Part shown: piece after piece, positions 47,013-61,030 of the stretch
How positions within the stretch are numbered: the first letter of the stretch is position 1
How the letters are laid out: the number at the start of each line of letters is the position of its first letter
Assembly: GCA_964016885.1 (NCBI GenBank)
Contig: OZ024742.1
Coordinates: 159,340,001-159,404,000 of the forward strand
Reading direction: 5' to 3'
DNA: 64,000 nucleotides
From: Eledone cirrhosa
Taxonomy: Eukaryota
Notes under the pieces: model-generated
The model's database searches: none
What the model was told of the DNA's origin: nothing
What the model saw: the letters and a program-made list of their open reading frames with translations, nothing else
Made by a program: the position numbers and the translations under genes

Positions 47013-48214
47013 ACATATGCGTGTATGTGGTCAAATATATGTATGTATCAGTAATCAACATAAAGCATAGGATTTATGTTATGTAAACCATTAATTTATC
47101 AAAAAGCAATTTTACCAAGTTTGTATCATTGTTCATATACTCAGAATTAATTCTTGGTATATGGGATAGCAATAAATTTAAACATCCGTCTAGAGCTAGT
47201 AAGCCATTACTGAGTAGCAGAGGTTTCTAATAATTAAGAAACAAAATCAAGAAAAAGATACAGAGAGAGAGAAAAACGAAGAGAAAGAGAAGGAAAAATT
47301 CAACGTTATTGACATTTTTGACAGACCATAGAGTTTGTGTGACAGACGGACAAAAAGTTATTATGATATCGCTTGAACCTACGTTTGATGACTCAATAAG
47401 TGTTTACATTACTGTTGCGTGTTTGGTTTACTGTAATTATATAGTTAATCTCTTGATGAGAGAATATTTTGAAGTTTTATGAGTGTATGTATGTGTGAGT
47501 GTGTGTGTGAGAGAGAGAGAGTATTAGTGTATCTGCATGTGTATGTTTGCGTATATATATGATGTATGGGTATGTCTGGGTTAATGTGTATGTACGTCTG
47601 TTTATGTATGTGTGTGCCTGCGAGTGTTTATGTACGCAGTGTGTATATATATATATATGAGTGTGTGTGTGTTTGCATATATGTATGTGTATAGGTGCAT
47701 TTATCTATGTGTGTGCATGTGTGTGTTCATGTATGCAGTGTGTGTGTGTATATATATATATGTGTGTGTGTGTGTGTTTGTATGTGTGTGTGTTTGCATA
47801 TATGTATGTGTATAGGTGCGTTTATGTATGTGTGTGGGTGTGTGTGTTTATGTACGCAGTATCTATATATATATATGTATCTTTGCATATATGTATCTGT
47901 ATATGTGCGTTAATGTATGTGTGTGTATGCGTGTGTGTGTGTGTTTATGTACGCAGTGTGTATATATATATGTGCGTGTATTTGCATATATGTATGTGTG
48001 TGCGTGTGTGTATTTATGTACACACTGTGTATGTGTGTGTGTTTGAATATATATATGTGTGTGTAAGAGTGCGTTTATGTATATGTGTACGCACTGTGTA
48101 TGGGTGCGTTTATGTGTGTGCGTGTGTGTGTTTATGTAGGCAGTGTGTATATATATATATCTATGTGTATCGGTGCGTTTATGTATGCGTCTGCGTGTGT
48201 GTGTTATGTACGCA

Positions 48215-48274
<60 letters not shown>

Positions 48275-48598
48275 TTGTTTGCATATATATGTGTGTGTGT
48301 ATGTGTGCGTGTATGTGTGTGCGTGTATGTGTTTATGTACGCAGTGTGTATATGCGTGTGTTTACATATATATATATGTGTATGGGTGCATTTTTGTATG
48401 TGTGTGTTTATGAACCAATTCCAATACATTTCGATAACCTTGCTTAAATAATGCAGGCGATAAACCTTTCTGCTGCTCCTGTTGCTGTTGCATCTTATTA
48501 ATTCTTACTGCTGCTGCAGCTGTTGTTGATGCTGCTCTTGTTGTTGCTACTCTTCTTGTTATTGTTGTTGTTATTGGTGTTGTTGGTGGTATGTATGT

Positions 48599-48637
<39 letters not shown>

Positions 48638-48663
48638 CAAATATAAAGATTTACATATACACA

Positions 48664-48724
<61 letters not shown>

Positions 48725-49309
48725 TTTTGGCAACCATTCACGATGTGGCTCAATGACGAATTAATTAATTAAATAATCAGAACAATATACAATAAAGTAT
48801 GTCCATAGAATCATTTGATAAGATATATACACCATCTCCTCTCCCAATCAGCATAATCAACCACAGCCATTTCGAATTCGTTTCTGGCGGGGATCATTTA
48901 AGAAAAATCATCGTCCAAGTGAGTTTGTTTCCTGATGATATCGAAGCTCGTGAATTTATCCTTGATCGGATATTTCCAAAAGCGAATGAAGCCCATGGGG
49001 TAGAAATGTAATCTTGGTATGTTTATATACATTTTTTTTCTTCTAACTTTAATTTTATACCTAATTGTGTATGGTTGACGATATATTTAATCGATTTCCA
49101 CGTGCTATTGAAATGGTGGGTAAATATTCTATAGCTGTTGATCGCGAATAGATGGCTGTCGTTTATTTATCTATTATTTCTTCATAGGTGCCTTTTAATT
49201 TTATAGCCTGGTTTAATTTTTTTTTTTTGTGTGTGTGGTTTATTATGCTGATTGGGAGAAGAGATGGTGTATATATCTTATCAAATGATTCTATGGACAT
49301 ACTTTATTG

Positions 49310-49354
<45 letters not shown>

Positions 49355-49578
49355 ACACACAAAACAAGATGGCGTAGGAGAGACACAAAATAATATAATC
49401 AGTCACTGAGTAGGTCACAGAATGTGTGACGAAAGAGCTACATAATGTGTGGCGAAAGAGTTATATAAACAACCATCCGGATACTAAACCAAGCAATCCG
49501 AAATCTCTATATAATATAAAAGAAAGATGTTTATTGGTTGGTTGGCTCATTGATTGAATCGCAGGAAAACTACACGCG

Positions 49579-49755
<177 letters not shown>

Positions 49756-49784
49756 GACTCACTATTTAGCCTTAATAATAAAAT

Positions 49785-49838
<54 letters not shown>

Positions 49839-50000
49839 ATGTATGACTAAATGGACTAAATTCAGTCCAGAAATAGCCGTCGAAACGGCTTGAGCTCTGC
49901 CGTCGGGGTCATACATTTTCCTATTACCCACTCTACTACCCTAAGTATTGAGTACTCTGGTGCGTTATGGTCCATCTGGTTCCTTACCACAACTCCTTCG

Positions 50001-50077
<77 letters not shown>

Positions 50078-50336
50078 CATATAGATAAACATATATCTAT
50101 AAGCATATAAGCATATATATGTAAGCATATATATCATATATATATATATATATATATATATACAACAAAAATATATCTGTTGACGCATCACCAGTCTGAG
50201 AAGCACATCGATACTAGAGTCGGGTCCATAATAACTATGGGTCACCTTGAGCCAATCCTCTGCGAAACATGCGTTACAAGTCGATACGCAATAAATATTT
50301 TTCATATGTAAACGAAACTTCCTCGTTTTTTCTATA

Positions 50337-50388
<52 letters not shown>

Positions 50389-51019
50389 CGAAATAAAATA
50401 GTGTCGTATATATATCATAGATTTTTGCCTAGTCATTTCATCTCAGATATATTTACATGTGTAAATGGGTAGCTGTGAAGTTGCAGAAGACTTTCTCAAA
50501 TGCATTGATACGTTACAATTCAATTCAATTTAGTGTCGCTACTATTGTATACAATTATAGGTGAAAGTGGGAAGGGGTTATTTAAAGTAAAACTCAAGAT
50601 GATACAGCATATTCACTGAATATAACAGTCTTTACTGTTTGGCAAGGCAAATGAGTTTCCTGCCTGATATAATTTGGGGTGGCAATTCAAGAAGATAGCA
50701 AAATAATAAAACAGTACAATAAAAACATAATAATAATTTTTTCTACGTTTGGCACAAGGCCAGCAATTACTCAGTGCATTACTGGTACTTTATTTTATCG
50801 ACCCCGTAAGGATGAAAGGCAAAGTTAAGCTCGGCGGGATTTGAACTCAGAATGGTTCAAAACATGGTGTCCGACGCTCTACCGATACTGCCAATCTACC
50901 GCCCTCTATAGAAATATAATAATAATAAAACTTTCTAATGTAGGCACAAGGCCAGCAATTTTGGAGGTTGTAGGATAAGTTGATTATATCGGCCTCTGTA
51001 CTACACTGGTGCTTTATTT

Positions 51020-51984
51020 CAGAGGTTCTCAAACTGGGTGCTACTGCTCCCCGAGGAGTGGGGCGAGGTGGTCAAGGGGGCGGTAGAGATGATATAATAG
51101 TATATTAAATATTAAATGATACATATATATACGAGGTGGGTCAGAAAAGTTCCAGGACTGATGTCACAAAAGATTTATTTCAAACCCAAACTTCACACTA
51201 AGAGTTTTCTCCTTCAAAGTAATCCCCCTGGAGTCTAATGCACTTTTCCATCCTTTTCTGCCACGCTTGCATGCCCTCCTGGGAGGATTCTTTCGGGATC
51301 TCTGCAGTTCCGTCGTCACGGCCTTTTTGATGTCGTCCACGTCTTCAAAACGGGTCCCCTCCGGGTCGTACTCGAAGATCCATGACTTATCACCTGTGAT
51401 AACTGTCCCTAGCAAGTCTGGTTCGGTTTCAAGGCGCTCGAGGATGTCCTGGCACACTTGCATGCGTCGACCCTTCTGGTCATCGTTCAGCAGTGTTGGC
51501 ACCATCTTCGCGCAGACTTTCCGCATGTCCAAATCTTCAATGAGAATCTACCAGACGCTGTCTCGATTCATTCCCAGCTCATTTGCCATTAGTCGAACAG
51601 TCAGCCGACGATCGCTACGCACCATCTGCCTGACACGCTCAACGTTGACCTCAGTCCTGGTTGTTGAGGTCCTTCCGCTCCTGGGGTCATCTTCCACGTC
51701 CTCGCGTCCTTCTTTAAACCTCTTACACCACCCAAAAACACGTGAGCGTGACATCGTCTCATCTCCATACACTTGCTGCAGCAATCCCAGTGCTTCTGAC
51801 GGAGTTTTCAAGTTTGTTCGTTGCTCTGTGCTCATTGCTTGACGACCTGAAACAGAGGACATGTATATAAAATTATGAAGAAAAAAGTTTGGCAGGTCTG
51901 TCAGTAAATAGGGTTGTAAACGCTGAAGGTATTACGTGGCCGTGAGGGTGAGTGGGGGTGGCCAAAAAAGTTTGAAAACCTCTG
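51020..51984. mobile_element. hAT (Charlie-like) non-autonomous element inserted in a SINE
   Basis: TIRs CAGAGGTTCTCAAACT / AGTTTGAAAACCTCTG. 8-bp TSD ctttattt / ctttattg. Confidence 0.75.
51130..51883 (-). mobile_element. Internally deleted mariner transposon nested inside the hAT element
   Basis: ORFs 51548-51862 (HTH: MSRSRVFGWCKRFKEGREDVEDDPRSGR) and 51164-51532 (KVCAKMVP, ITGDKSWIFEYDPE joined directly to GTRFED, so the rest of the DD34D domain is deleted). TIR-like TACGAGGTGGGTCAGAAAAGTTCC at 51130. Confidence 0.85.
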
Positions 51985-53225
51985 CTTTATTGTATCGGCT
52001 TGTAAAGGATGAAAGGCAACGTTGACGTCGGCGGGATTTCCACTCAGACTGTCGAAAGTCGTGACTAAAAACCGCAAAGCAGTTTGTCCGACAATTTATA
52101 TTTTGTCAACCCACCCTCACCGCCTTCAAATTGCTAGCACAAGGCTAGTAATTTGAAGTGAGGGGAAAAAGTTGATTAAATCGACCCCATTGCATTATTG
52201 GTACTTTATTTTATCGACCCCATAACGATGAAAGGCAATGCTAACTCAGAACGTAACTATATGATCAAAAATATATTGTACGACGCCTCTCCCACCCTCC
52301 TATATTGTTTTCTGATTTAAGCACAAGGCCAACAATTTTGTAGTTAGGAATGTGGTGCTAGTAGCCCACTACAGTAGGCATATATGCCACTTCCTTAATT
52401 GCAGTAACATATCAAAAATAAAACCATTACAACTTTATTATACCCATCTGATGAGAACACATCAAAGGATTATACAATCACTTTAACGTCTTTGAATATG
52501 TATAACGGGATTATACAATAAATAGAGGATGTACATATAAAACCGTCTCCCTTCTTTATATTATTGACACTCCGTTTGATACCTTATTGTTGATTATACT
52601 TTACGGAACACAAGTCATAGAGTGCTTTACATCTGTTTACAACTACATTCGGTAGATTATTTGATCAACCAGCGTTCTTTGCTTGAATAATACACACACA
52701 GAATGTATTATAGTTAAATAAGATAACAAGGACGATTGGTTACTCCTTCATTACGTTTATCGCGGATTACAGAGTCAGGTCAGATCGACACAGATCGAAC
52801 CTTGAGCTGGTCAGTGGCGAAACGTGCGTCATTAACCAACAAACGTAATGAAGGAGTAACCAATCATCCTTGTTATCTTATTTAACTATATATATATATA
52901 TATATAATAAGGAGTTGACGGACCCAACATATTTATCAATGCCAGGAGCGGTTGTATCTCAGCGTACTCAATAGGTAATGTAGGATACATTCCCAGAGTA
53001 TACACATAGTTATTCGCTTCAATACAACACACGTAAAACGGGTGCCTGTAATAATTCCCGGACTCGAGTTTCAGCCACACTTAATGCAGCAGTAGGGTGC
53101 ACTGCACCCTCTGTCTGCATATATTATGCAACAATGCATAATCGGCGTATGTGGCTTCATCAGCAGGTATCGCCTAATCAATAACCAATCGATCGACAGA
53201 ATCCAAACCCCAGCCCATGTAGGCT

Positions 53226-53316
<91 letters not shown>

Positions 53317-53522
53317 GAGAGAGAGAGAGAAGTTTATCTCGGGTTCAATCGGGGGTAACCACAGTAAGTAAGGTACTCAATACATAGCAGAGTATAAATA
53401 TTTAATATAGAAAGGCTTCTACAGGACTAGAACTGTTTCATTCGGTAGAAATCATCAGGAAGCCTGATGATTTCTACCGAATGAAACAGTTCTAGTCCTG
53501 TAGAAGCCTCTTTCTCTCTCTA

Positions 53523-53613
<91 letters not shown>

Positions 53614-54863
53614 GGCTTCCCCAAAATGGCTGATTGAACCCATACGTACTTTTTCTCCCCCCCCCCTCCCCACCGCAAAAGAAAAAATTGTTTCTACCTT
53701 TTCTAACTCTCCTCTATCTTTCTATTTCTTCTTTAATTTCTCATTCTATCTTCTGATGGTCTAACGTCCAAAACGTTAAAGCTCTTTTACCACTATAGAT
53801 TAATACACATCACAAATTTTGCTGCGTTGTTTTGCGTTTGCATACATTTTCGCATACATACATTCATACATACATCCTTTCCTTTGTCAATCAGTGGGAT
53901 GCCCCATGCCATCATAGAGGTTTCAGTTGCATAAGTAGTAGGACACCCAAGGCGCTACTCTGTGTTCTTGTAGTATCCATCTGATTCGAATGTTTAGGTC
54001 TCGTCTATTGTCCAACATGAGGGATCATTGCATGACACCATTGTGATACAATGCCAAAGATCTGGTTTATTAGATTTCGCCACTGATCACATCCCACATC
54101 CTGCTGTCAATGTCTCCGCGCATAGCCCTGGCAAGTGTAGCTTCCGGGTGCTAGGCCTTGCCAAAGGGCCACCAATAATTTGGTCTGGTGTTACTTATTC
54201 TTGTATCTGCAGCTAATTCCATTGCAGGGCCATTCCTCTGTACGCCACCTGGAAACCCGCTAGATAGTAATTTAACATATAAAATTAAGAGGTTAAAAAA
54301 TGAAGCTAAAAGTTAAAAGATGAAAAAAGATTGAAATATATTTATAAAATATATACTCATAAAATGTATAAAACATATATACATACTTTATTGGATGGCT
54401 GTTGACTTTCCTGAGTTCCTCCACCCTTGGGCGATTCTGTTTTTCATCCCGAAGGGTGTCCAAAAATCACCCTTCTCACCTAATAGGCTTGGTGGAGTTG
54501 CAGGTTTAGTTACCGATGACCCGATCATGCACTAGAATGTACTGGGTTACATTCAAACAGTTTGATGGTGTTCTGCGCATATAAAGTTTCATATCTCGAG
54601 AAATCAATGCAAAGTCGGACCCCGGTCAATATGATCGTACTCTGAGCTGATCGATATCGAAATAATTGTCATATGCCAATTAAGTATGTGTATAGCGCAA
54701 CCTTGACTTCGTTCTTGTTTACTTTTACTTACACTCTGCACGTCAGAGCCGCCTTAACCCTGGAGTACACAGAACTATAAACCCCACACGAGCTGGACCC
54801 TCCTAACATGATTGAGTGCTTTGCCCATAGAACCGTCTGTAGCTATAGTTACACACATACCTA

Positions 54864-54930
<67 letters not shown>

Positions 54931-55030
54931 ATATTAACAAATGGAAACTATATTTATTTCATTATACATATTTCAAGGGCCACCAAGGTAGATTATGGCG
55001 CGCTTTCATCAGATAAAATATAATACAGAT

Positions 55031-55466
55031 TAGTTTTATAAATAAATATTGATATACCCTGAAAAAATGCAACCTTACCGGTTGGAGTTTCCTGGATAGT
55101 GGAGATATTAGATTTATTGTTGATTTAGTATGCAAATTAGTATCGGAAAGGCTTAAACACAGTATATTTAAATTAAACCGTTGGAAGAGGGGAAAAAAAA
55201 GAAAGCGAAAGAGAAATCTCGAGCTGTCTGCCGGCGAAACAATTGTAACACACAATAAATTGTTTCGCCGGCAGACAGCTCGAGATTTCTCTTTCGCTTT
55301 CTTTTTTTTCCCCTCTTCCAACGGTTTAATTTAAATATACTGTGTTTAAGCCTTTCCGATACTAATTTGCATACTAAATCAACAATAAATCTAATATCTC
55401 CACTATCCAGGAAACTCCAACCGGTAAGGTTGCATTTTTTCAGGGTATATCAATATTTATTTATAA

Positions 55467-55471
<5 letters not shown>
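55031..55471. repeat. Perfect ~214-bp-arm inverted repeat
   Basis: 55031-55244 vs 55258-55471. Confidence 0.9.
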
Positions 55472-55538
<67 letters not shown>

Positions 55539-55752
55539 GTCAAAAATGTACATCCACATATGTATACTGAAATACTAGTATGCATATGAATACACACACG
55601 TGTACATATGTAGATGTACCGAGTTTTTCACTGGACACTTTACTGTGAGTGTTCAGCTAGTCTGTATGTAAACACACAGACAAACCGGTTTTTAGAGTCA
55701 TACTGGTTTTCGAGGAAACACCTTTCCTCTATTCTTCAGAAAGCCAGACAGG

Positions 55753-55797
55753 AATATTGGACTAGTTTCGATGTTGTTACATCTCATCAGCAATATT
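55753..55797 (-). ncRNA. Canonical type I hammerhead ribozyme, family B
   Basis: AATATTG CTGATGA GATGT-AACA-ACATC GAAA CTAG TC^CAATATT: perfect core, G10.1-C11.1 pair and a GUC site. Confidence 0.9.
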
Positions 55798-56244
55798 TAC
55801 CTATCCTCCGGCCTTTCTAGAGAATCGTAAAAGCACATATCGTTATATGCTTTTTCTATGAAAATTAGTAGTGGGCAGACTAATTTGCATAGAGCGTGAG
55901 TACGTACCGGTTCAGCGGAGACGATAAAAACAAATAACGAAACGAAATTAAATTTCGTTTCGTTTGTAACTCACTTTTGTATGACTGACGCTTAAACAAT
56001 TAAGTCAAAAATGTACATCCACATATGTATACTGAAATACTAGTATGCATATGAATACACACACGTGTACATATGTAGATGTACCGAGTTTTTCACTGGA
56101 CACTTTATTTGTTTTTATCGTCTCCGCTGAACCGGTACGTACTCACGCTCTATGCAAATTAGTCTGCCCACTACTAATTTTCATAGAAAAAGCATATAAC
56201 GATATGTGCTTTTACGATTCTCTAGAAAGGCCGGAGGATAGGTA

Positions 56245-56289
56245 AATATTGCTGATGAGATGTAACAACATCGAAATTAGTCCAATATT
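56245..56289 (+). ncRNA. Type I hammerhead ribozyme, family B second copy
   Basis: Same as 55753-55797 except GAAA-TTAG-TC. Confidence 0.82.
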
Positions 56290-56525
56290 CCTGTCTGGCT
56301 TTCTGTAGAATAGAGGAAAGGTGTTTCCTCGAAAACCAGTATGACTCTAAAAACCGGTTTGTCTGTGTGTTTACATACAGACTAGCTGAACACTCACAGT
56401 AAAGTGTCCAGTGAAAAACTCGGTACATCTACATATGTACACGTGTGTGTATTCATATGCACCAGTCATACAAAAGTGAGTTACAAACGAAACGAAATTT
56501 AATTTCGTTTCGTTATTTGTTTTTA

Positions 56526-56620
<95 letters not shown>

Positions 56621-56626
56621 TGTGTA

Positions 56627-56715
<89 letters not shown>

Positions 56716-56739
56716 GTGTGTGTTTCTCTTATGCTAACA

Positions 56740-58520
56740 ATGCCTATATTTCGCCAAGTCCCTTAAATTACATGACCGAACCGAACCTTTAAGGGTAAAG
56801 ACCCCGCACTTTACCCTGAAAGACCATAAGGGAAACTTCCTCAACAAACCATCAGTCAGACTTATCAACCCCACTCGTTCAGACAACGGCTCTATCAGTA
56901 AGAAGATCCTAGATAGTGTTCTACCATCATTGCGGGTTGCCTCACCACTCCCACTCTGGAGCAGAACATCTGAGGCAATATCCTGGTTCCAAGAATTACC
57001 CGACAAACGCCACACTCGCTTCCTGCAACTCAACATAGAAAACTACTATGCTTCTATCTCGGAGCCCCTCCCGAAGGACGCAATTACCTTTGCCAGGAAT
57101 TTTACCACCATAACCGATGCTGAACAAGTTGTTATCCTCCACGCCCGTAAGACCTTTCTATACCACGATGGATCTTACTGGATCAACAAGAAGTCTCAGA
57201 CCCCATTTGACGTCAGCATGGGAGCGAGTGACTCGGCTGAAATTAGCGACCATGTGGGCTTCTACATTTTACATCACCTGAAGAACCTCTTTACTGGCCT
57301 AACCGGAGGTTTATACCGAGACGTCGGCCTCTTCGCCCTGCACAAGGTTAACCCCAGAACCACCGATGGGTTTCGGAGAAACTTAAGCTGGTTCTTCTCT
57401 AATCTAGGATTTAGTATAACTATAGAATCTAATATGACTAGGGCCAACTTCTTGGATGTCACTCTCGACCTAGATACTTCCCTCTATTACCCGTACCACA
57501 AACCTAACGAGTCCCTTAGATATATTAATGTTAAGTCTAACCACCCCAAAAATATCACTGATAACTTAGTAAAAAGCGTCTCTATTAGAATCTCTGGCCT
57601 CTCTGCCAACGAAGATATTTTTAACGCCTCTGCCTCCTACTACAATGACGCCCTCGCCCGCAGCGGATTTAAAGAAAAGATAACCTACCTAGAAACCACC
57701 GCAAGTATGCAGAGGAGGAATAGGCATAGGCAGATTAGCTGGTACAACCCTCCCTTCAATAGAGAGGTCTCTACACCGATAGCTACTTCCTCATACAACA
57801 TAGGTACTACACCATCTTTAATAAGAACACAATAAGACTCTCCTACTCCACCACACCTAACCTAGCTAGAAATATAGCCAATCACAACTCTAAAAAATTA
57901 AATAAGCCAACCACCTCCGAACCCAATCCCCGGACTGGGGCCTTGTGTAATTGCCTAAATAAGGAAGCCTGCCCACTTGAAAACAAATGGTATCGACAAA
58001 TGGTATCGTATACAAATGCGATGTCATCTCAGGCACCGAGAAAAAGACTTACATCGGCATGACTTCCAATAACTTTAAGACCCATTGGTATGCCCATACA
58101 CACTTCTTCAGAAGACCGGACAAATCTAACCAGACAACACTCGCCTCCTGTGTTTGGGTCCTCAAAAGGAACTCCACCCCCTTCACGCTTAAATGGAAAA
58201 TACTCCAGAAAGCGCGCTCTTACAACGGAGGAGACAAGGGCTGCGACCTTTGTATCTCAGAGAGCTACGAAATTGTATTCGCCAAGGGCCCGCTACTGAA
58301 CAAACTCTCTGAACACTTCCCGAACTGCATGCACAAAATCTTAGCAACTTTCAAATACCTTAAGCCAGTGTTAATGCCCGATGGCTAAAAACGACTTCCA
58401 CCTTTTAGCCACTCTATCTCCTTCCCAACCCACCCACCTCTCCTCAACCTGAAATACGGCCACTATGGTTATGTGAGTACCTCTTACCTATCTGCATTTT
58501 CTGCTTGTAGAGCTGTTTTT
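56740..58520 (+). mobile_element. Decayed 5'-truncated PLE (RT + C-terminal GIY-YIG), same type as the 31.8-kb fragment (Hydra-like group)
   Basis: TLKDHKGNFLNKPSVRLINP upstream of ORF 56930-57835 (LNIENYYASI, VSMGA, GLYRDV, FLDVTLDL, WYNPPF). Then CNC..EACPL and ORF 57987-58388 (GIVYKC..YIGMT..CDLCISE). Confidence 0.85.
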
Positions 58521-58593
58521 ATGTGCCTGTGTATATGCGTATATTTATGAGTACTTATTTGTATATATATATGTATGTGTGTGTATATGTATG

Positions 58594-58666
<73 letters not shown>

Positions 58667-58689
58667 ATATGTATATGTATGTATATGTG

Positions 58690-58723
<34 letters not shown>

Positions 58724-59833
58724 TAATATGTAGTTTAGAAAGCCACAACAATGCAGATGGGAAATCTCGAGGTAGGAAGTGAGTAAGAAATAGGAGAAAA
58801 GTGAAAAATGAGAGAAACGAAAACAAAACAAAGGTAGAAGGGTTACCGTAGTGGAGATTTAATCCCAATATTTCGGGCTCACGCCCATCAACGGGGGGAA
58901 AGTTCCATAAGGGGGGGGGGACAGGCTAAGCCGGAGAAAGTTGTTGTATTGTCGTTAAAACAGGAATGCCGTTATGGAGAAAATTCAAACGAGGGAAAGA
59001 ATGCGCGTGCGCGTGATAGGCTGTGGCAAAAGCTACTGACCAATTGGGTTAAATCAATAGGGTGCGCTAGCGCGTGAAAGCCGTAAAATATGTGTGTGTA
59101 ACTGTGTGTGTGTATGTGTGTATGTATGTGAGTGTGTGTGTGTGAAAGATAGTGGGCCGTAGAAGCTGGAATTCAAAGGGTGTGAAAGGTGGTAGGTTGT
59201 ATAAACATGTGTGCGTGTATAAATATAGATGTGTGTGTGTATGTGTATGGGTATACATATAAGTGCGTGTGTGTGAAAGATATATATATATATATATATA
59301 TTATGGAATACTGTTGGCTTCTTGCTACAATACTTTCTATACCTTTCATTTATATATATATATATATATAGGAGGAGGTTATAGTTCACTTGAAGCATTG
59401 TGTAATGAGGTATAAAGGTTTGTATATGTATAATAAAGCCAAAACAATGCAGGTATGGACATAGAATAAAGAATGCAAATGCTAAAGATATTGTTGACAA
59501 TTAGTCTTTTACCTTAGATTTATTTAAATGTCCTTAATTTTCGAGATAATATCTCTTCTTCAGAGCGAAGTAAAGTTGTCAACCAGTGTTCTAAATAGTT
59601 TGCCAATATCTTTTGCATTTGCATTCTTTATTCTATGTCCATACCTGCATTGTTTTGGCTTTATTATACATATACAAACCTATATATATATATATATATA
59701 TATATATGATATTAAATAAATGGAAACTATATTTATAAAACCATATTTATTTCATTATATATATTTCAGGGATATCATATTAACAATATGTTATGCCTTC
59801 TTCAGACAAAATACAATATAAACAGTCTAATAA

Positions 59834-59892
<59 letters not shown>

Positions 59893-60007
59893 AATATAGT
59901 TTCCATTTATTTAATATCATAAATATACTCCAAATACTTGTTGAGTGCTTTTATATCAGTTATAAATATTTACTCGTTGTTAACCCAACAATTTAAATAT
60001 AACTTTC

Positions 60008-60008
60008 C

Positions 60009-60042
<34 letters not shown>

Positions 60043-60053
60043 ATATATATGTA

Positions 60054-60084
<31 letters not shown>

Positions 60085-60145
60085 GTGTATTTATTTATTT
60101 ATGTGTATATATATATATATGTATATGTGTGTGTGTATGTATATA

Positions 60146-60190
<45 letters not shown>

Positions 60191-60409
60191 ATATGTATAT
60201 ATATATATATGTGTATATATATATATTTATATATATATGTATGTATATATCTATATATGTATATATGTATATATATATGTATATGTATGTGTGTGTGTGT
60301 ATGTGTGTATATGTATGTTTATGTATGTATGTGTATGTGTGTTTATGTGTGTGTGTATGTGTACATATATATATATGTGTGTATGTATATATATATATAT
60401 GTGTGTATG

Positions 60410-60442
<33 letters not shown>

Positions 60443-60443
60443 G

Positions 60444-60490
<47 letters not shown>

Positions 60491-60495
60491 GTATG

Positions 60496-60536
<41 letters not shown>

Positions 60537-60821
60537 GTATATATATGTATATATATCTATATATATGTATGTGTATATGTGTATATGTATGTGTGTGTAT
60601 ATATATATATATAAATATATGTATATATATGTATATATGTGTGTATATGTGCGTATATATATATATATATGTGTGTGTATATATATATATATGTATATGT
60701 ATGTATATATATTTGTCTGTATGTGTGTATATGTGTGTGTGTATATATATATATGTATGTGTGTGTATGTGTGTATGTATGTATATATATGTATATATGT
60801 ATGTATATATATATATGTATG

Positions 60822-60856
<35 letters not shown>

Positions 60857-60890
60857 GTGTATATATATATATGTATATATATGTATGTGC

Positions 60891-60964
<74 letters not shown>

Positions 60965-60977
60965 GTATGTGCGTGTG

Positions 60978-61030
<53 letters not shown>
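60008..61030. repeat. ~1-kb compound (TA/TG)n microsatellite, representative of dozens of tracts in the window
   Basis: Direct inspection. Confidence 0.95.

Larger units (their letters stand above)
55533..56526. mobile_element. HHR-bearing repeat family B (465-nt period, tandem plus fold-back)
   Basis: The unit restarts at 55533 and 55998 and flips at ~56107. HHRs at 55753-55797 (-) and 56245-56289 (+). Flanked by (TA)n. Confidence 0.88.
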
